From Flavobacteriales bacterium (GTDB lineage: Bacteria; Bacteroidota; Bacteroidia; Flavobacteriales_D; Crocinitomicaceae), in the NCBI GenBank assembly GCA_947462255.1, contig CANHOA010000003.1, forward strand, positions 24,891-88,890: a stretch of 64,000 nt of DNA. The letters are read 5' to 3'. Below, piece by piece: positions 9,471 to 18,249 of the stretch. The position numbers and the translations under genes are program-made. The notes under the pieces are model-generated. The model did not search any database. It saw nothing but the letters and a program-made list of their open reading frames with translations, and had not been told where the DNA came from. Positions within the stretch are counted from its first letter, which is position 1. Each line of letters starts with the position of its first letter.

Positions 9471-9555
9471 CGGAGAGAGGGGGATTCGAACCCCCGTTAC
9501 GTTACCGTAAACACGCTTTCCAAGCGTGCGCGTTCAGCCACTCTGCCACCTCTCC
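9471..9555 (-). tRNA. tRNA-Ser (anticodon GGA)
   Basis: The minus-strand sequence GGAGAGGTGGCAGAGTGGCTGAACGCGCACGCTTGGAAAGCGTGTTTACGGTAACGTAACGGGGGTTCGAATCCCCCTCTCTCCG folds as a class II tRNA. It has a 7-bp acceptor stem and an anticodon stem CACGC/GCGTG with loop TTGGAAA. It also has a long variable arm and a T-arm GGGGG-TTCGAAT-CCCCC. No CCA is encoded. Confidence 0.95.
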
Positions 9556-9710
9556 TCTTATTTTTAAGAGCGCTAAGTTAATGCTTTTTTCCCTTTAAGA
9601 AAGGGCTATTGCCGGAATTGTTTAAAAACTCATTCGGATCCATAAATTAGAAAATGCTGATTTTTTGAACTTGCTGAAGTCACTTCTATAACTAATTGTA
9701 ATTTTACACC

Positions 9711-10274
9711 ATGAAATACCTCATCGTTGGTTTAGGGAATCCTGGGATTGAATATGAAAACACCCGTCATAATGTTGGCTTTCGTGTCCTTGATAAAATT
9801 GCGGGGGAATTAGAAACCTCTTTTGTACTTGACCGGGCGGCTTTCGTTTCATATGCTAAATATAAGGGGCGATCATTGGTTTTAATTAAGCCAATCACCT
9901 TTATGAATTTATCTGGAAAAGCAGTCAATTATTGGATGCAGAAAGAAGGGGTTGCCATTGAAAATATATTAGTAATCACAGACGATTTAGCACTTCCTTT
10001 TGGTAAATTGAGAATGAAAGGAAGCGGGAGCGATGGGGGTCACAATGGTTTAAAAGATATTCAGGCGACGCTTGGAACCAATGGCTATTCGCGCTTACGC
10101 TTTGGAGTTGGAAATGATTTTTCGAAGGGTAGACAATCTGATTATGTCTTAGGTAAGTGGGAAAAGGAAGAGGAACTTGCTTTGCCGGAGCGACTATTAA
10201 GCGCAACTAAAATGGGATTAAGCTTTTGCACAATTGGCTTAGCGCTCACGATGACTGAATGGAATGGAAAATAG
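9711..10274 (+). CDS. pth: Peptidyl-tRNA hydrolase
   Basis: 187 aa with GLGNPG and TRHNVGF motifs. Confidence 0.9.
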   Translation: MKYLIVGLGNPGIEYENTRHNVGFRVLDKIAGELETSFVLDRAAFVSYAKYKGRSLVLIKPITFMNLSGKAVNYWMQKEGVAIENILVITDDLALPFGKLRMKGSGSDGGHNGLKDIQATLGTNGYSRLRFGVGNDFSKGRQSDYVLGKWEKEEELALPERLLSATKMGLSFCTIGLALTMTEWNGK

Positions 10275-10285
10275 ATTCTTTATAA

Positions 10286-12736
10286 TCAGCGAATAATAGT
10301 AAAGAACCCAGAATAAGTAAGGTCTTTATCTAGTATGGTAAGCATCAAGAAATAAGTGCCGTCTGTCAAACCTTCACCGCTCCAATCATTTTGATAATTA
10401 TTCTTTTCAAGAATTAAATTCCCCCAACGATTGAAAATTAGCAATTGATTATTAGGATAAAAATCTAAGTATTCAAACGCGAGAAATTCATTTTTTCCAT
10501 CATTGTTTGGTGTAATTACATTGGGGATTTTTACTTCCGCAGGGATTACTTGTATAATGGAACAGACTGAATCCAAGCATCCGATTTGATCTTGAACAAG
10601 CAGGCATAATTCGTAATTTCCTGGGTTAAAATAGGTATTTCCCCATTGACTAGAAAGGCTGGTTAAGGTATCGTTCCAAGTCCAAAACCAAGAAGAAATG
10701 CTAGATGCTGGAGACACCGAGTTGTCTATAAACAAAGCGGGAACACCCACCATTACAGGTAAGGGGTCTATTGTAAATGCAGCGCTAGGATTGCTATGCA
10801 CAGTAATGCTAAATTGAGTTGTATCGGAGGTGCAACCATTTCCTTGAGCATAGGCTGAAAAATTAAGTGAAACGGGGGCGCCTGAAGTGGTGATAGGCGT
10901 TGAGAAATCCCCTTGGCCACTGAGTCCTTCCCCAAAAAAATAAGCTGTGCCATTGCTGAAACAAGACGCTAAACTCACATCAATCGGGGGGCCGCTACAA
11001 ACAATGGAGTCATATTGCAACTCCACATTCGTCGCTGGCTTAATGGGAACGGTCTCGTTGGGCAATCCCGTAATTACAGTCCCGCAAGCGTCAGTAATCA
11101 CTGGTGGTGGAATGGTTAAAAGGGTATAGCTTGAATCGCAATATACTGGGCAATTTGGAATGGTTAGTAAAAAGTCGTGGCTAGTTGAGCCTACATTACA
11201 CCCCACATTGGTGCCAATGGTTACTGTTTGAGTAGTCCAGGGGTGGGAAAAGGTATACGGTGCAACTCCATAGCGAGCATAAGCCCTTACCCCGATTTCA
11301 CAAGAGTTTGAGCAAATTGGTGTTTGCGGTGCATACCACAGAGAACCATAAGACTCTGGCGTTTTGCCATATATTACCACTTGGAAGGGCCACGCTGTGG
11401 TAAAGGGGTCGTAACGGATGTAGAAAGGATTGCAGTTGCCGTTGAATGCATTTCTCCCTAAATGAAAACGTACATAGATCTGAGTTGGGGTACACGATTC
11501 CGGCACACAGCACACCAAGGGAGCCATTACGTTAAAGCTATCTAAGTAAGCTGTTCCTGCTAATTGAGCCGTTGAGCCAACCACTGTAAAGGTTTGAGAA
11601 GCACCACAAGTTGTGCTGAAATACATTGAGCCCTGACTCATCGTTGCGCCACTGAATGGATCAGCATAGAAACTAGAAGACACATAAAGGCCGGTTACCG
11701 TAACACCGCCTGGAATGGTGGCAAGCAAACTATCCACTTGATAAGCCGGCATAAAACAAGAAGGGATTTGGCCTCCAACCCAAGTTGATGTTGGTCCGCC
11801 AATAAGTGGGTCGATGGTGATGGGATATGTCCGTTCCGAAGCATTCATCCACGCAGTAGGAATAGCGACGATAAGGCGATAATTATTCGGTGACAAGTAT
11901 TCGAACGCCATTAATCCTTTTGAATAGTTCATGCCAGCGTCATAGGCAATTGGCGCGTATATTTTGCCGCAGGGGGCGCCTGTTTTTTTATCGATAACCA
12001 ATATGTCTGCATCCACTGAAAAACCATCAATAAATAAAATTCCACGCTCCCCTCGCATTTCGATTTCACCGCCGGAATTACTCGAATTTGTTTGGTATTC
12101 CAATTCAAATCCAAGCGGAAGAGTAATTGTTTCTTCCGAAACAAAATATGCGGCAGGTTCAATGTTTTCAGATGTATGGATAAGAAGGTTGCTTTTGATG
12201 CGATCCTCCATGAAAATTAATTGTTGAGTATAATTGTCAATCGGAATCTGGCAACCCGTAGATGAAACATCTTGATTTGACAGGACGATTTTGGATAGTG
12301 AATGGCCATTCACACTGCGCTTATTCCCCAATACCATTTGTGCGCCCTCTTGGTTTAGGGATACTGCATAAGAACCATCGGAGAATAAATAAGTAGGAAA
12401 AGATTGTGAAAGAGCTGACCATGTTCCAGTACCTTCTTCCTTTGTTAAGCGTGAATTTATAGGGTTTAGTCGACCTTGTTTATCCAAATAATGAATTGGT
12501 TTTTTACTGAATATATTCTTCGTGTCTCCTTTTCGATTAATGAATGAGGATGAAACAAGTGTTCGCTTAGCTTCTTCCTCGAACCAAGTATTCGTATCTT
12601 GTTCGATTACCTTTTTTGATTCCGTATTTGGCGCTAATGACATAGTCTTACCTGCCAATTGCCCCATTACACTAAAGCTGAGGCAAGCAAAGGTTATAAT
12701 GATGCTAAACTTAAAGACAAACTGTTTAATGATCAT
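10286..12736 (-). CDS. T9SS type B cargo protein: PKD-like domain and gliding-motility-associated C-terminal domain
   Basis: 816 aa with a signal peptide. The C-terminus IPNVITPNNDGKNEFLAFE..LLIFNRWGNLILEKNNYQNDWSGEGLTDGTYFLMLTI matches the type B (CHU_C-like) sorting-domain pattern. A PKD-like segment FTIDP..FIDNS..WFWTW..GNYELCLLVQDQIGC precedes it. The N-terminal ~560 aa are unassigned. Confidence 0.8.
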   Translation of the reverse strand: MIIKQFVFKFSIIITFACLSFSVMGQLAGKTMSLAPNTESKKVIEQDTNTWFEEEAKRTLVSSSFINRKGDTKNIFSKKPIHYLDKQGRLNPINSRLTKEEGTGTWSALSQSFPTYLFSDGSYAVSLNQEGAQMVLGNKRSVNGHSLSKIVLSNQDVSSTGCQIPIDNYTQQLIFMEDRIKSNLLIHTSENIEPAAYFVSEETITLPLGFELEYQTNSSNSGGEIEMRGERGILFIDGFSVDADILVIDKKTGAPCGKIYAPIAYDAGMNYSKGLMAFEYLSPNNYRLIVAIPTAWMNASERTYPITIDPLIGGPTSTWVGGQIPSCFMPAYQVDSLLATIPGGVTVTGLYVSSSFYADPFSGATMSQGSMYFSTTCGASQTFTVVGSTAQLAGTAYLDSFNVMAPLVCCVPESCTPTQIYVRFHLGRNAFNGNCNPFYIRYDPFTTAWPFQVVIYGKTPESYGSLWYAPQTPICSNSCEIGVRAYARYGVAPYTFSHPWTTQTVTIGTNVGCNVGSTSHDFLLTIPNCPVYCDSSYTLLTIPPPVITDACGTVITGLPNETVPIKPATNVELQYDSIVCSGPPIDVSLASCFSNGTAYFFGEGLSGQGDFSTPITTSGAPVSLNFSAYAQGNGCTSDTTQFSITVHSNPSAAFTIDPLPVMVGVPALFIDNSVSPASSISSWFWTWNDTLTSLSSQWGNTYFNPGNYELCLLVQDQIGCLDSVCSIIQVIPAEVKIPNVITPNNDGKNEFLAFEYLDFYPNNQLLIFNRWGNLILEKNNYQNDWSGEGLTDGTYFLMLTILDKDLTYSGFFTIIR

Positions 12737-12842
12737 TTAATTTTTCTTGTTTCTTTATGCATTATTTTCCACTAATATAATAAAAGGATTTTAATTTCAT
12801 TATTTTGAATGAATTCCTTGTGGCATTTTCTTTGAAATACAT

Positions 12843-12850
12843 TATTTTTG
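12843..12850 (+). promoter_or_regulatory. Candidate Bacteroidota -7 promoter box (TATTTTTG) for asnS
   Basis: Matches TAnnTTTG. It lies only 4 nt before the ATG, which would imply a leaderless or near-leaderless mRNA. Confidence 0.3.
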
Positions 12851-12854
12851 TCAG

Positions 12855-14303
12855 ATGAGACGCATTAAAATCAAGCATGTTTTAAGTAGTGATGGGCAGG
12901 AACTTATTGGACAACGTATTACCGTTAAAGGTTGGGTGAGAGCTTTTAGAAGCAATCGATTTATTCAAATTAATGATGGCTCATGCTTGGCTAATATACA
13001 AGCGGTAATTGATTTCGAAAAATACGATGGCGACATAATAAAACAAATTACCACTGCTGCGGCCGTTTCTGTTTCCGGCTTGTTAATCGCCTCTATCGGG
13101 TCAGAACAATCCCTTGAATTACAAGTGGAAGCTATTGAAATTCTTGGTGCTGCGCATCCTGATGAGGTGCAAAAAACAGTCTTGCAACCAAAAAAACATA
13201 GCCTCGAATTATTAAGAGAGCAGGCCCATTTGAGGTTTCGAACAAATACCTTTAGTGCTGTTTTTAGAATTCGTCATGCCGTAGCGTATGCTATACATCA
13301 TTATTTTCACACCAATGGTTTTTATTACCTGCACACACCTATTATCACAGGTTCTGATGCAGAGGGCGCAGGAGAGATGTTTCGAGTTTCTACTCTTGAT
13401 CCTAAATCTCCCCCGCTAAACGAGGATGGAGAAGTTGATTATAAACAAGACTTTTTTGGCAAACCCGTTAACCTAACTGTTTCTGGGCAATTAGAGGCAG
13501 AGCTTGCTGCACTTGCACTTGGGCAAGTATATACTTTTGGACCTACTTTTCGTGCTGAAAACTCAAATACTTCTCGGCACCTTGCTGAATTTTGGATGAT
13601 TGAACCTGAGGTTGCATTCAATGACCTTAATGATAACATGGATCTCACCGAAGATTTCTTGAAGTATCTTTGCTCCTTTGTTGTCGAAAATTGTAAAGAG
13701 GATCTATCCTTCCTCAACCAACGTGAGCAACAAGAACAAAGTCAGAAACCCCTTAACGAACGTAACGAGTTGAGCTTAGTTGAGCGCTTAAAGTTCGTTA
13801 TTGAAAATCCCTTTAAAAGACTTACCTACTCTGAAGCAATTGAGGTGCTTTTAAATTCAAACCACCACAAGAAGAAAAAGTTTCAGTATCCTATAGCGTG
13901 GGGTATTGACCTTCAAAGTGAACACGAACGTTATTTGGTTGAAAAAGAATTTAAGTGCCCCGTCATACTTTCAGATTATCCCGCTGAAATAAAAGCGTTT
14001 TATATGCGTCAAAATGACGACAATAAAACAGTTGCCGCTATGGATGTTTTATTTCCTGGAATTGGAGAAATCGTAGGTGGTTCTCAGCGAGAGGAACGTT
14101 ATGATGTTTTATTAGAAAAATGTAAAGCCTTTAATATTCCGGAAGACGACTTATGGTGGTATCTTCAAACACGAAAATTAGGGACGGTTCCGCATGCAGG
14201 ATTTGGACTAGGATTTGAGCGGATGATTATGTTTGTTACTGGAATGACCAACATTAGAGATGTTATACCATTTCCAAGGACGCCTTTAAATGCTTCTTTT
14301 TAA
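12855..14303 (+). CDS. asnS: Asparagine--tRNA ligase
   Basis: 482 aa with class II aaRS motifs, including FRAENSNTSRHLAEFWMIEPE and GGSQREER. Confidence 0.9.
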   Translation: MRRIKIKHVLSSDGQELIGQRITVKGWVRAFRSNRFIQINDGSCLANIQAVIDFEKYDGDIIKQITTAAAVSVSGLLIASIGSEQSLELQVEAIEILGAAHPDEVQKTVLQPKKHSLELLREQAHLRFRTNTFSAVFRIRHAVAYAIHHYFHTNGFYYLHTPIITGSDAEGAGEMFRVSTLDPKSPPLNEDGEVDYKQDFFGKPVNLTVSGQLEAELAALALGQVYTFGPTFRAENSNTSRHLAEFWMIEPEVAFNDLNDNMDLTEDFLKYLCSFVVENCKEDLSFLNQREQQEQSQKPLNERNELSLVERLKFVIENPFKRLTYSEAIEVLLNSNHHKKKKFQYPIAWGIDLQSEHERYLVEKEFKCPVILSDYPAEIKAFYMRQNDDNKTVAAMDVLFPGIGEIVGGSQREERYDVLLEKCKAFNIPEDDLWWYLQTRKLGTVPHAGFGLGFERMIMFVTGMTNIRDVIPFPRTPLNASF

Positions 14304-14307
14304 CATT

Positions 14308-15744
14308 ATGGCACTAAAGCAATATTTAACGCAAAAAACGGAACAGCGTTTATCGCCGCAACAAATTCAATTAATGAAATTATTGCAGGTGCCAACCTTG
14401 GAATTAGACCAACGAATTAAGCAGGAATTAGAAGAAAATCCGGCGCTAGAAGAGGGAGCAGAATCAGAAGAAGATGATTTTGAGCAAGAAGAAGACGATG
14501 ATGGAGACGAAGACGAATTTGATATCTCCGATTATTTTGATGAGGATGTTGCCGACTATAAAACACAAGCTAATAATACCTCAAAAGATGACGAAGAGCG
14601 TGTTGTTCCATTATCAGGAGAAACAAGTTTTCAGGAGAAGCTTAGTGAGCAACTACACTTAATTAACCTCGATGATGACCAATTTTTAATCGCCGATGTT
14701 TTAATCGGGAATCTTGACGAATCAGGCTATTTAAGCAGAAATCTTGATGCCTTGGTTGATGATCTTGCGTTTTCACTTAACATCGAAACAACAGAAGCAG
14801 AGATTGAGGTTGTTCTTTTACTCCTTCAATCATTAGATCCCGCAGGCATTGGTGCGAGAAATTTACGAGAGTGCTTATTAATTCAAATTAATCGAAGGCA
14901 AGACAAATCATTATCTAGGCAAAGGGCTAAAACAATCCTTGAACTTTATTTTGAAGAGTTTACTAAAAAGCATTATGAAAAAATCGCTAAGAAATTAGCT
15001 ATAACTGATGCAGAACTCAAACAATCGATTGATGAAATATTAAAATTAAACCCTAAGCCCGGTGGATCAACAAAAGAATCAGCAAAAAACCATCAACAAA
15101 TTATCCCCGATTTTATTTTAGTGGAAAATGAAGGTGCCCTGGAGCTTTCCCTTAATAGCCGCAACGCGCCTGAATTAAAAATCAGTAAAGAATATCAAAA
15201 TATGTTACGCTCTTATTCTGAAGGGGCAAAAACATCAAAGGCTGATAAACAAGCCGTGACCTTTGTTAAACACAAATTGGATAGTGCTCTTTGGTTTATA
15301 GACGCCATTAAGCAGCGGCAGCAGACATTATTATTAACAATGAATGCCATCATGCGGTATCAAGAAGCCTTTTTTCTGGCGGGCGATGACACCAAGTTGA
15401 GACCGATGATTTTGAAAGATATTGCAGAAATCGTTACTTTAGACATCTCAACAGTATCAAGAGTGGCAAATAGCAAATATGTTCAAACAAATTTTGGGGT
15501 GTTTCCCTTAAAATATTTTTTTTCAGAATCGCTATCTACCGATTCAGGAGAAGAGGTTTCAACCAGAGAAGTAAAGCAAATTTTATTAGATGCTATAGAA
15601 AATGAGGATAAACGCAACCCTCTACCGGACGAAAAACTCATGGCCTTATTAAACGATAAAGGATATAATATTGCAAGAAGAACCGTTGCAAAATATAGAG
15701 AACAATTGAATCTCCCGGTTGCAAGAATGCGTAAAAAGCTATAA
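14308..15744 (+). CDS. rpoN: RNA polymerase sigma-54 factor
   Basis: N-terminus MALKQYLTQKTEQRLSPQQIQLMKLLQ, an acidic region II, and the RpoN box ARRTVAKYR near the C-terminus. I prefer ATG 14308 over the track start 14290, which overlaps asnS. Confidence 0.9.
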   Translation: MALKQYLTQKTEQRLSPQQIQLMKLLQVPTLELDQRIKQELEENPALEEGAESEEDDFEQEEDDDGDEDEFDISDYFDEDVADYKTQANNTSKDDEERVVPLSGETSFQEKLSEQLHLINLDDDQFLIADVLIGNLDESGYLSRNLDALVDDLAFSLNIETTEAEIEVVLLLLQSLDPAGIGARNLRECLLIQINRRQDKSLSRQRAKTILELYFEEFTKKHYEKIAKKLAITDAELKQSIDEILKLNPKPGGSTKESAKNHQQIIPDFILVENEGALELSLNSRNAPELKISKEYQNMLRSYSEGAKTSKADKQAVTFVKHKLDSALWFIDAIKQRQQTLLLTMNAIMRYQEAFFLAGDDTKLRPMILKDIAEIVTLDISTVSRVANSKYVQTNFGVFPLKYFFSESLSTDSGEEVSTREVKQILLDAIENEDKRNPLPDEKLMALLNDKGYNIARRTVAKYREQLNLPVARMRKKL

Positions 15745-15746
15745 TT

Positions 15747-16394
15747 ATGAAGCTGCTGTCACATCTTTTTTCTTGGTTATTTTTGCCCTTGTTTATGCCC
15801 GTTTATGGCCTGTTGATAACCTTATATTACCCTACTGAACAAGTTCTTCTTTCGTCAAAATCAATGTTTGGTTTGCCTAGTGAGATTAAGTCCCAACTGT
15901 TTTGGGTCTTCTTTATTTTTAGCTGTGCAGCGCCTGGGGTTTCTTTCGTTATGCTTCACCAAAGAAAAATTATCAGCACGATTGATATTGAAAATGCAAG
16001 AGAACGAAATATTCCGATGCTGGTTATGTTTGCATATTGCCTTATCATGTTTATTTTATTTGTCTATAAAGCACCTAATGGCCTGTTGCCAAAGTACTTT
16101 TATGCCCTTCCGCTTTCGGGAGCAATCGTAACGGCTTTGTTTATGTATATTAATCGGTGGATTAAAATTTCTATGCATGCCGGGGGGGGGGGTATTTTAT
16201 GTGGGTATTTAATCGCGTTTTTCATGGTCCATACAAATGCGCCCATCTTTCTGATCTCGCTCGCCTTTCTTGCTTCTGGATTGACTATTTCAGCACGGCT
16301 TTTCTTAAATAAGCACCTTCCTGTTGAGGTCTACTCTGGTTGGCTTTTGGCTTTTGCAACAACCTTTTGTTGCAATTGGTTTTATCCTGGATAA
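15747..16394 (+). CDS. Multi-pass membrane protein with weak PAP2-like motifs
   Basis: 215 aa with about 6 hydrophobic segments. SARLFLNKHLPVE resembles the PAP2 SRx5Hx3[DE] motif, but the other PAP2 motifs are not clear. It starts 2 nt after the rpoN stop. Confidence 0.55.
   Translation: MKLLSHLFSWLFLPLFMPVYGLLITLYYPTEQVLLSSKSMFGLPSEIKSQLFWVFFIFSCAAPGVSFVMLHQRKIISTIDIENARERNIPMLVMFAYCLIMFILFVYKAPNGLLPKYFYALPLSGAIVTALFMYINRWIKISMHAGGGGILCGYLIAFFMVHTNAPIFLISLAFLASGLTISARLFLNKHLPVEVYSGWLLAFATTFCCNWFYPG
16182..16192 (+). repeat. G11 homopolymer inside a coding sequence
   Basis: GCC GGG GGG GGG GGT encodes AGGGG. This is the only long G/C homopolymer I saw in this AT-rich window. Confidence 0.9.
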
Positions 16395-16401
16395 TTAACT
16401 G

Positions 16402-18246
16402 CTATTCCACCGTTACCGACTTCGCTAAATTGCGCGGTTGATCTACATTGCAACCCCTCATTACGGCTATATGATAAGAAAGCAACTGAAACGGTATGGT
16501 CGCCAATAAGGGAACTAAAAACTCATTCGTTTCAGGGATTTCAATGACGTGATCTGCCATGGCTCGAACTTGCTCATCACCTTCAGTGACAACGGCAATA
16601 ATTTTCCCTTTTCTTGCTTTGACTTCTTGAATATTGGACACTACTTTTTCATAGGATTTCCCTTTGGTTGCAATGACGAAAATCGGCATGTTTTCATCAA
16701 TTAATGCGATAGGACCATGCTTCATTTCAGCTGCAGGATAGCCCTCTGCATGAATGTAAGAAATCTCTTTTAGTTTTAAGGCGCCCTCTAATGCAACAGG
16801 AAAAGAACTTCCGCGCCCAAGGTAAAGAGCATTTGATGCATCTTTATACTCTCGAGCAATTTGTTCAATCAGCGCATTCGATTCTAACACTTTTTTAACC
16901 TTATTTGGAATTTCTTCCAATTCTGCTAGTAAAATTCGGAATTCTGTTTCGGAAACGGTTCCTTTTTTATGCCCTAAAGAAAGTGCCATAAGTATTAAGA
17001 CCGTTACCTGAGCAGTAAATGCTTTTGTTGATGCAACCCCTATTTCTGGACCAGCATGAGTATATGAGCCAGCATGGGTGATCCGTGAAATTGATGAACC
17101 AACCACATTACATATTCCTAATATGGTTGCTCCTTTGGATTTTGCCAGCTCTAGAGCCGCCATGGTATCGGCTGTTTCTCCAGATTGAGAAATCGCAATT
17201 ACCACATCATTTTCAGATAATATCGGATTTCGATACCGAAATTCACTCGCATACTCAACCTCAACATTAATCCGCGCTAAATCTTCAATTAAATATTCTC
17301 CCACCAATGCCGCATGCCAAGAGGTGCCGCATGCAACAAGAATTAATCGATTGGCCTGAATCATTTTTTGCTCGTAGTCTTTAATTCCTCCTAAAGACAC
17401 CCAGCCTTCTTTTGCATTTAAGCGACCGCGAAAACAATCTTGAATAGATCGGGGCTGCTCGTTAATCTCTTTCAACATAAAATGTTCATATCCCCCTTTC
17501 TCCAATGCCTCCAACTCAAGTTCTAGCTGTTGAATATATGGTGTTTTTTCTTGATCTGATATGTTGTATATTTTTAATTCCTCTCCTAATTTTATTACAG
17601 CGATTTCCTCATCTTCCAAATAAACAACCTGCTTTGTGTATTCTACAATTGGAGTAGCGTCTGAAGCCAAATAAAAATCTCCAGTTGCCCCTATCCCTAC
17701 CACAAGCGGACTGCTTTTGCGCGCGGCAACCATTTGGTTCGGAAAGTTTTTTGAAATAGCGACAATAGCATAAGCTCCAACCACATTTAAAAGTGCTAAA
17801 CGCAAGGCCTCTCCAAACCAAACATTTTCTTTCTTGCTAATAAAATCAACTAAATGAACAAGCACTTCCGTATCTGTTTCGCTTTTAAACAAATAACCTT
17901 GTCTAACTAACTCTTGCTTTAAAGCATCGTAATTTTCAATTATTCCGTTATGGATAAGTGCTATTGAACCATCCATGGAAACATGGGGGTGAGCGTTCGT
18001 GTCAGTTGGAAGTCCGTGTGTGGCCCAACGTGTGTGGCCTATGCCTGAATTTCCTGCATGATCTTGATGAAGCATAAACTCCTCCAAATTACTGACCTTG
18101 CCGGCTTTTTTAAAAACGTTTAGTTTATCTTGATTGATTAATGCAATTCCAGCACTGTCATATCCGCGGTATTCAAGCCGCTTTAATCCTTTTAAGATAA
18201 TCGGATATGCTTCTTTTTTTCCAATATAAGCTACAATTCCACACAT
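16402..18246 (-). CDS. glmS: Glutamine--fructose-6-phosphate aminotransferase
   Basis: 614 aa with the MCGIVAYIG N-terminal nucleophile, two SIS domains and a C-terminal ..KSVTVE. Confidence 0.95.
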   Translation of the reverse strand: MCGIVAYIGKKEAYPIILKGLKRLEYRGYDSAGIALINQDKLNVFKKAGKVSNLEEFMLHQDHAGNSGIGHTRWATHGLPTDTNAHPHVSMDGSIALIHNGIIENYDALKQELVRQGYLFKSETDTEVLVHLVDFISKKENVWFGEALRLALLNVVGAYAIVAISKNFPNQMVAARKSSPLVVGIGATGDFYLASDATPIVEYTKQVVYLEDEEIAVIKLGEELKIYNISDQEKTPYIQQLELELEALEKGGYEHFMLKEINEQPRSIQDCFRGRLNAKEGWVSLGGIKDYEQKMIQANRLILVACGTSWHAALVGEYLIEDLARINVEVEYASEFRYRNPILSENDVVIAISQSGETADTMAALELAKSKGATILGICNVVGSSISRITHAGSYTHAGPEIGVASTKAFTAQVTVLILMALSLGHKKGTVSETEFRILLAELEEIPNKVKKVLESNALIEQIAREYKDASNALYLGRGSSFPVALEGALKLKEISYIHAEGYPAAEMKHGPIALIDENMPIFVIATKGKSYEKVVSNIQEVKARKGKIIAVVTEGDEQVRAMADHVIEIPETNEFLVPLLATIPFQLLSYHIAVMRGCNVDQPRNLAKSVTVE

Positions 18247-18249
18247 ACA

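Noticed and set aside
12821-12835. Sigma-54-like element TGGCAT-N5-TTGA upstream of asnS.
   Set aside because: The essential -12 GC dinucleotide is missing (TTGA instead of TTGC). An aminoacyl-tRNA synthetase is an unlikely sigma-54 target, and a TAnnTTTG box lies in the expected housekeeping-promoter position.
15868-16131. 87-aa plus-strand ORF in another frame of the 15747-16394 membrane-protein gene.
   Set aside because: It is nested in-strand in a different frame of a longer ORF with coherent TM periodicity. It ends about 50 nt upstream of the G11 tract, so it cannot be reached by a slip at that tract.
18247-18249. glmS ribozyme/riboswitch upstream of glmS.
   Set aside because: Only 3 nt separate glmS from the upstream DUF4270-like gene, so there is no room for a leader RNA.
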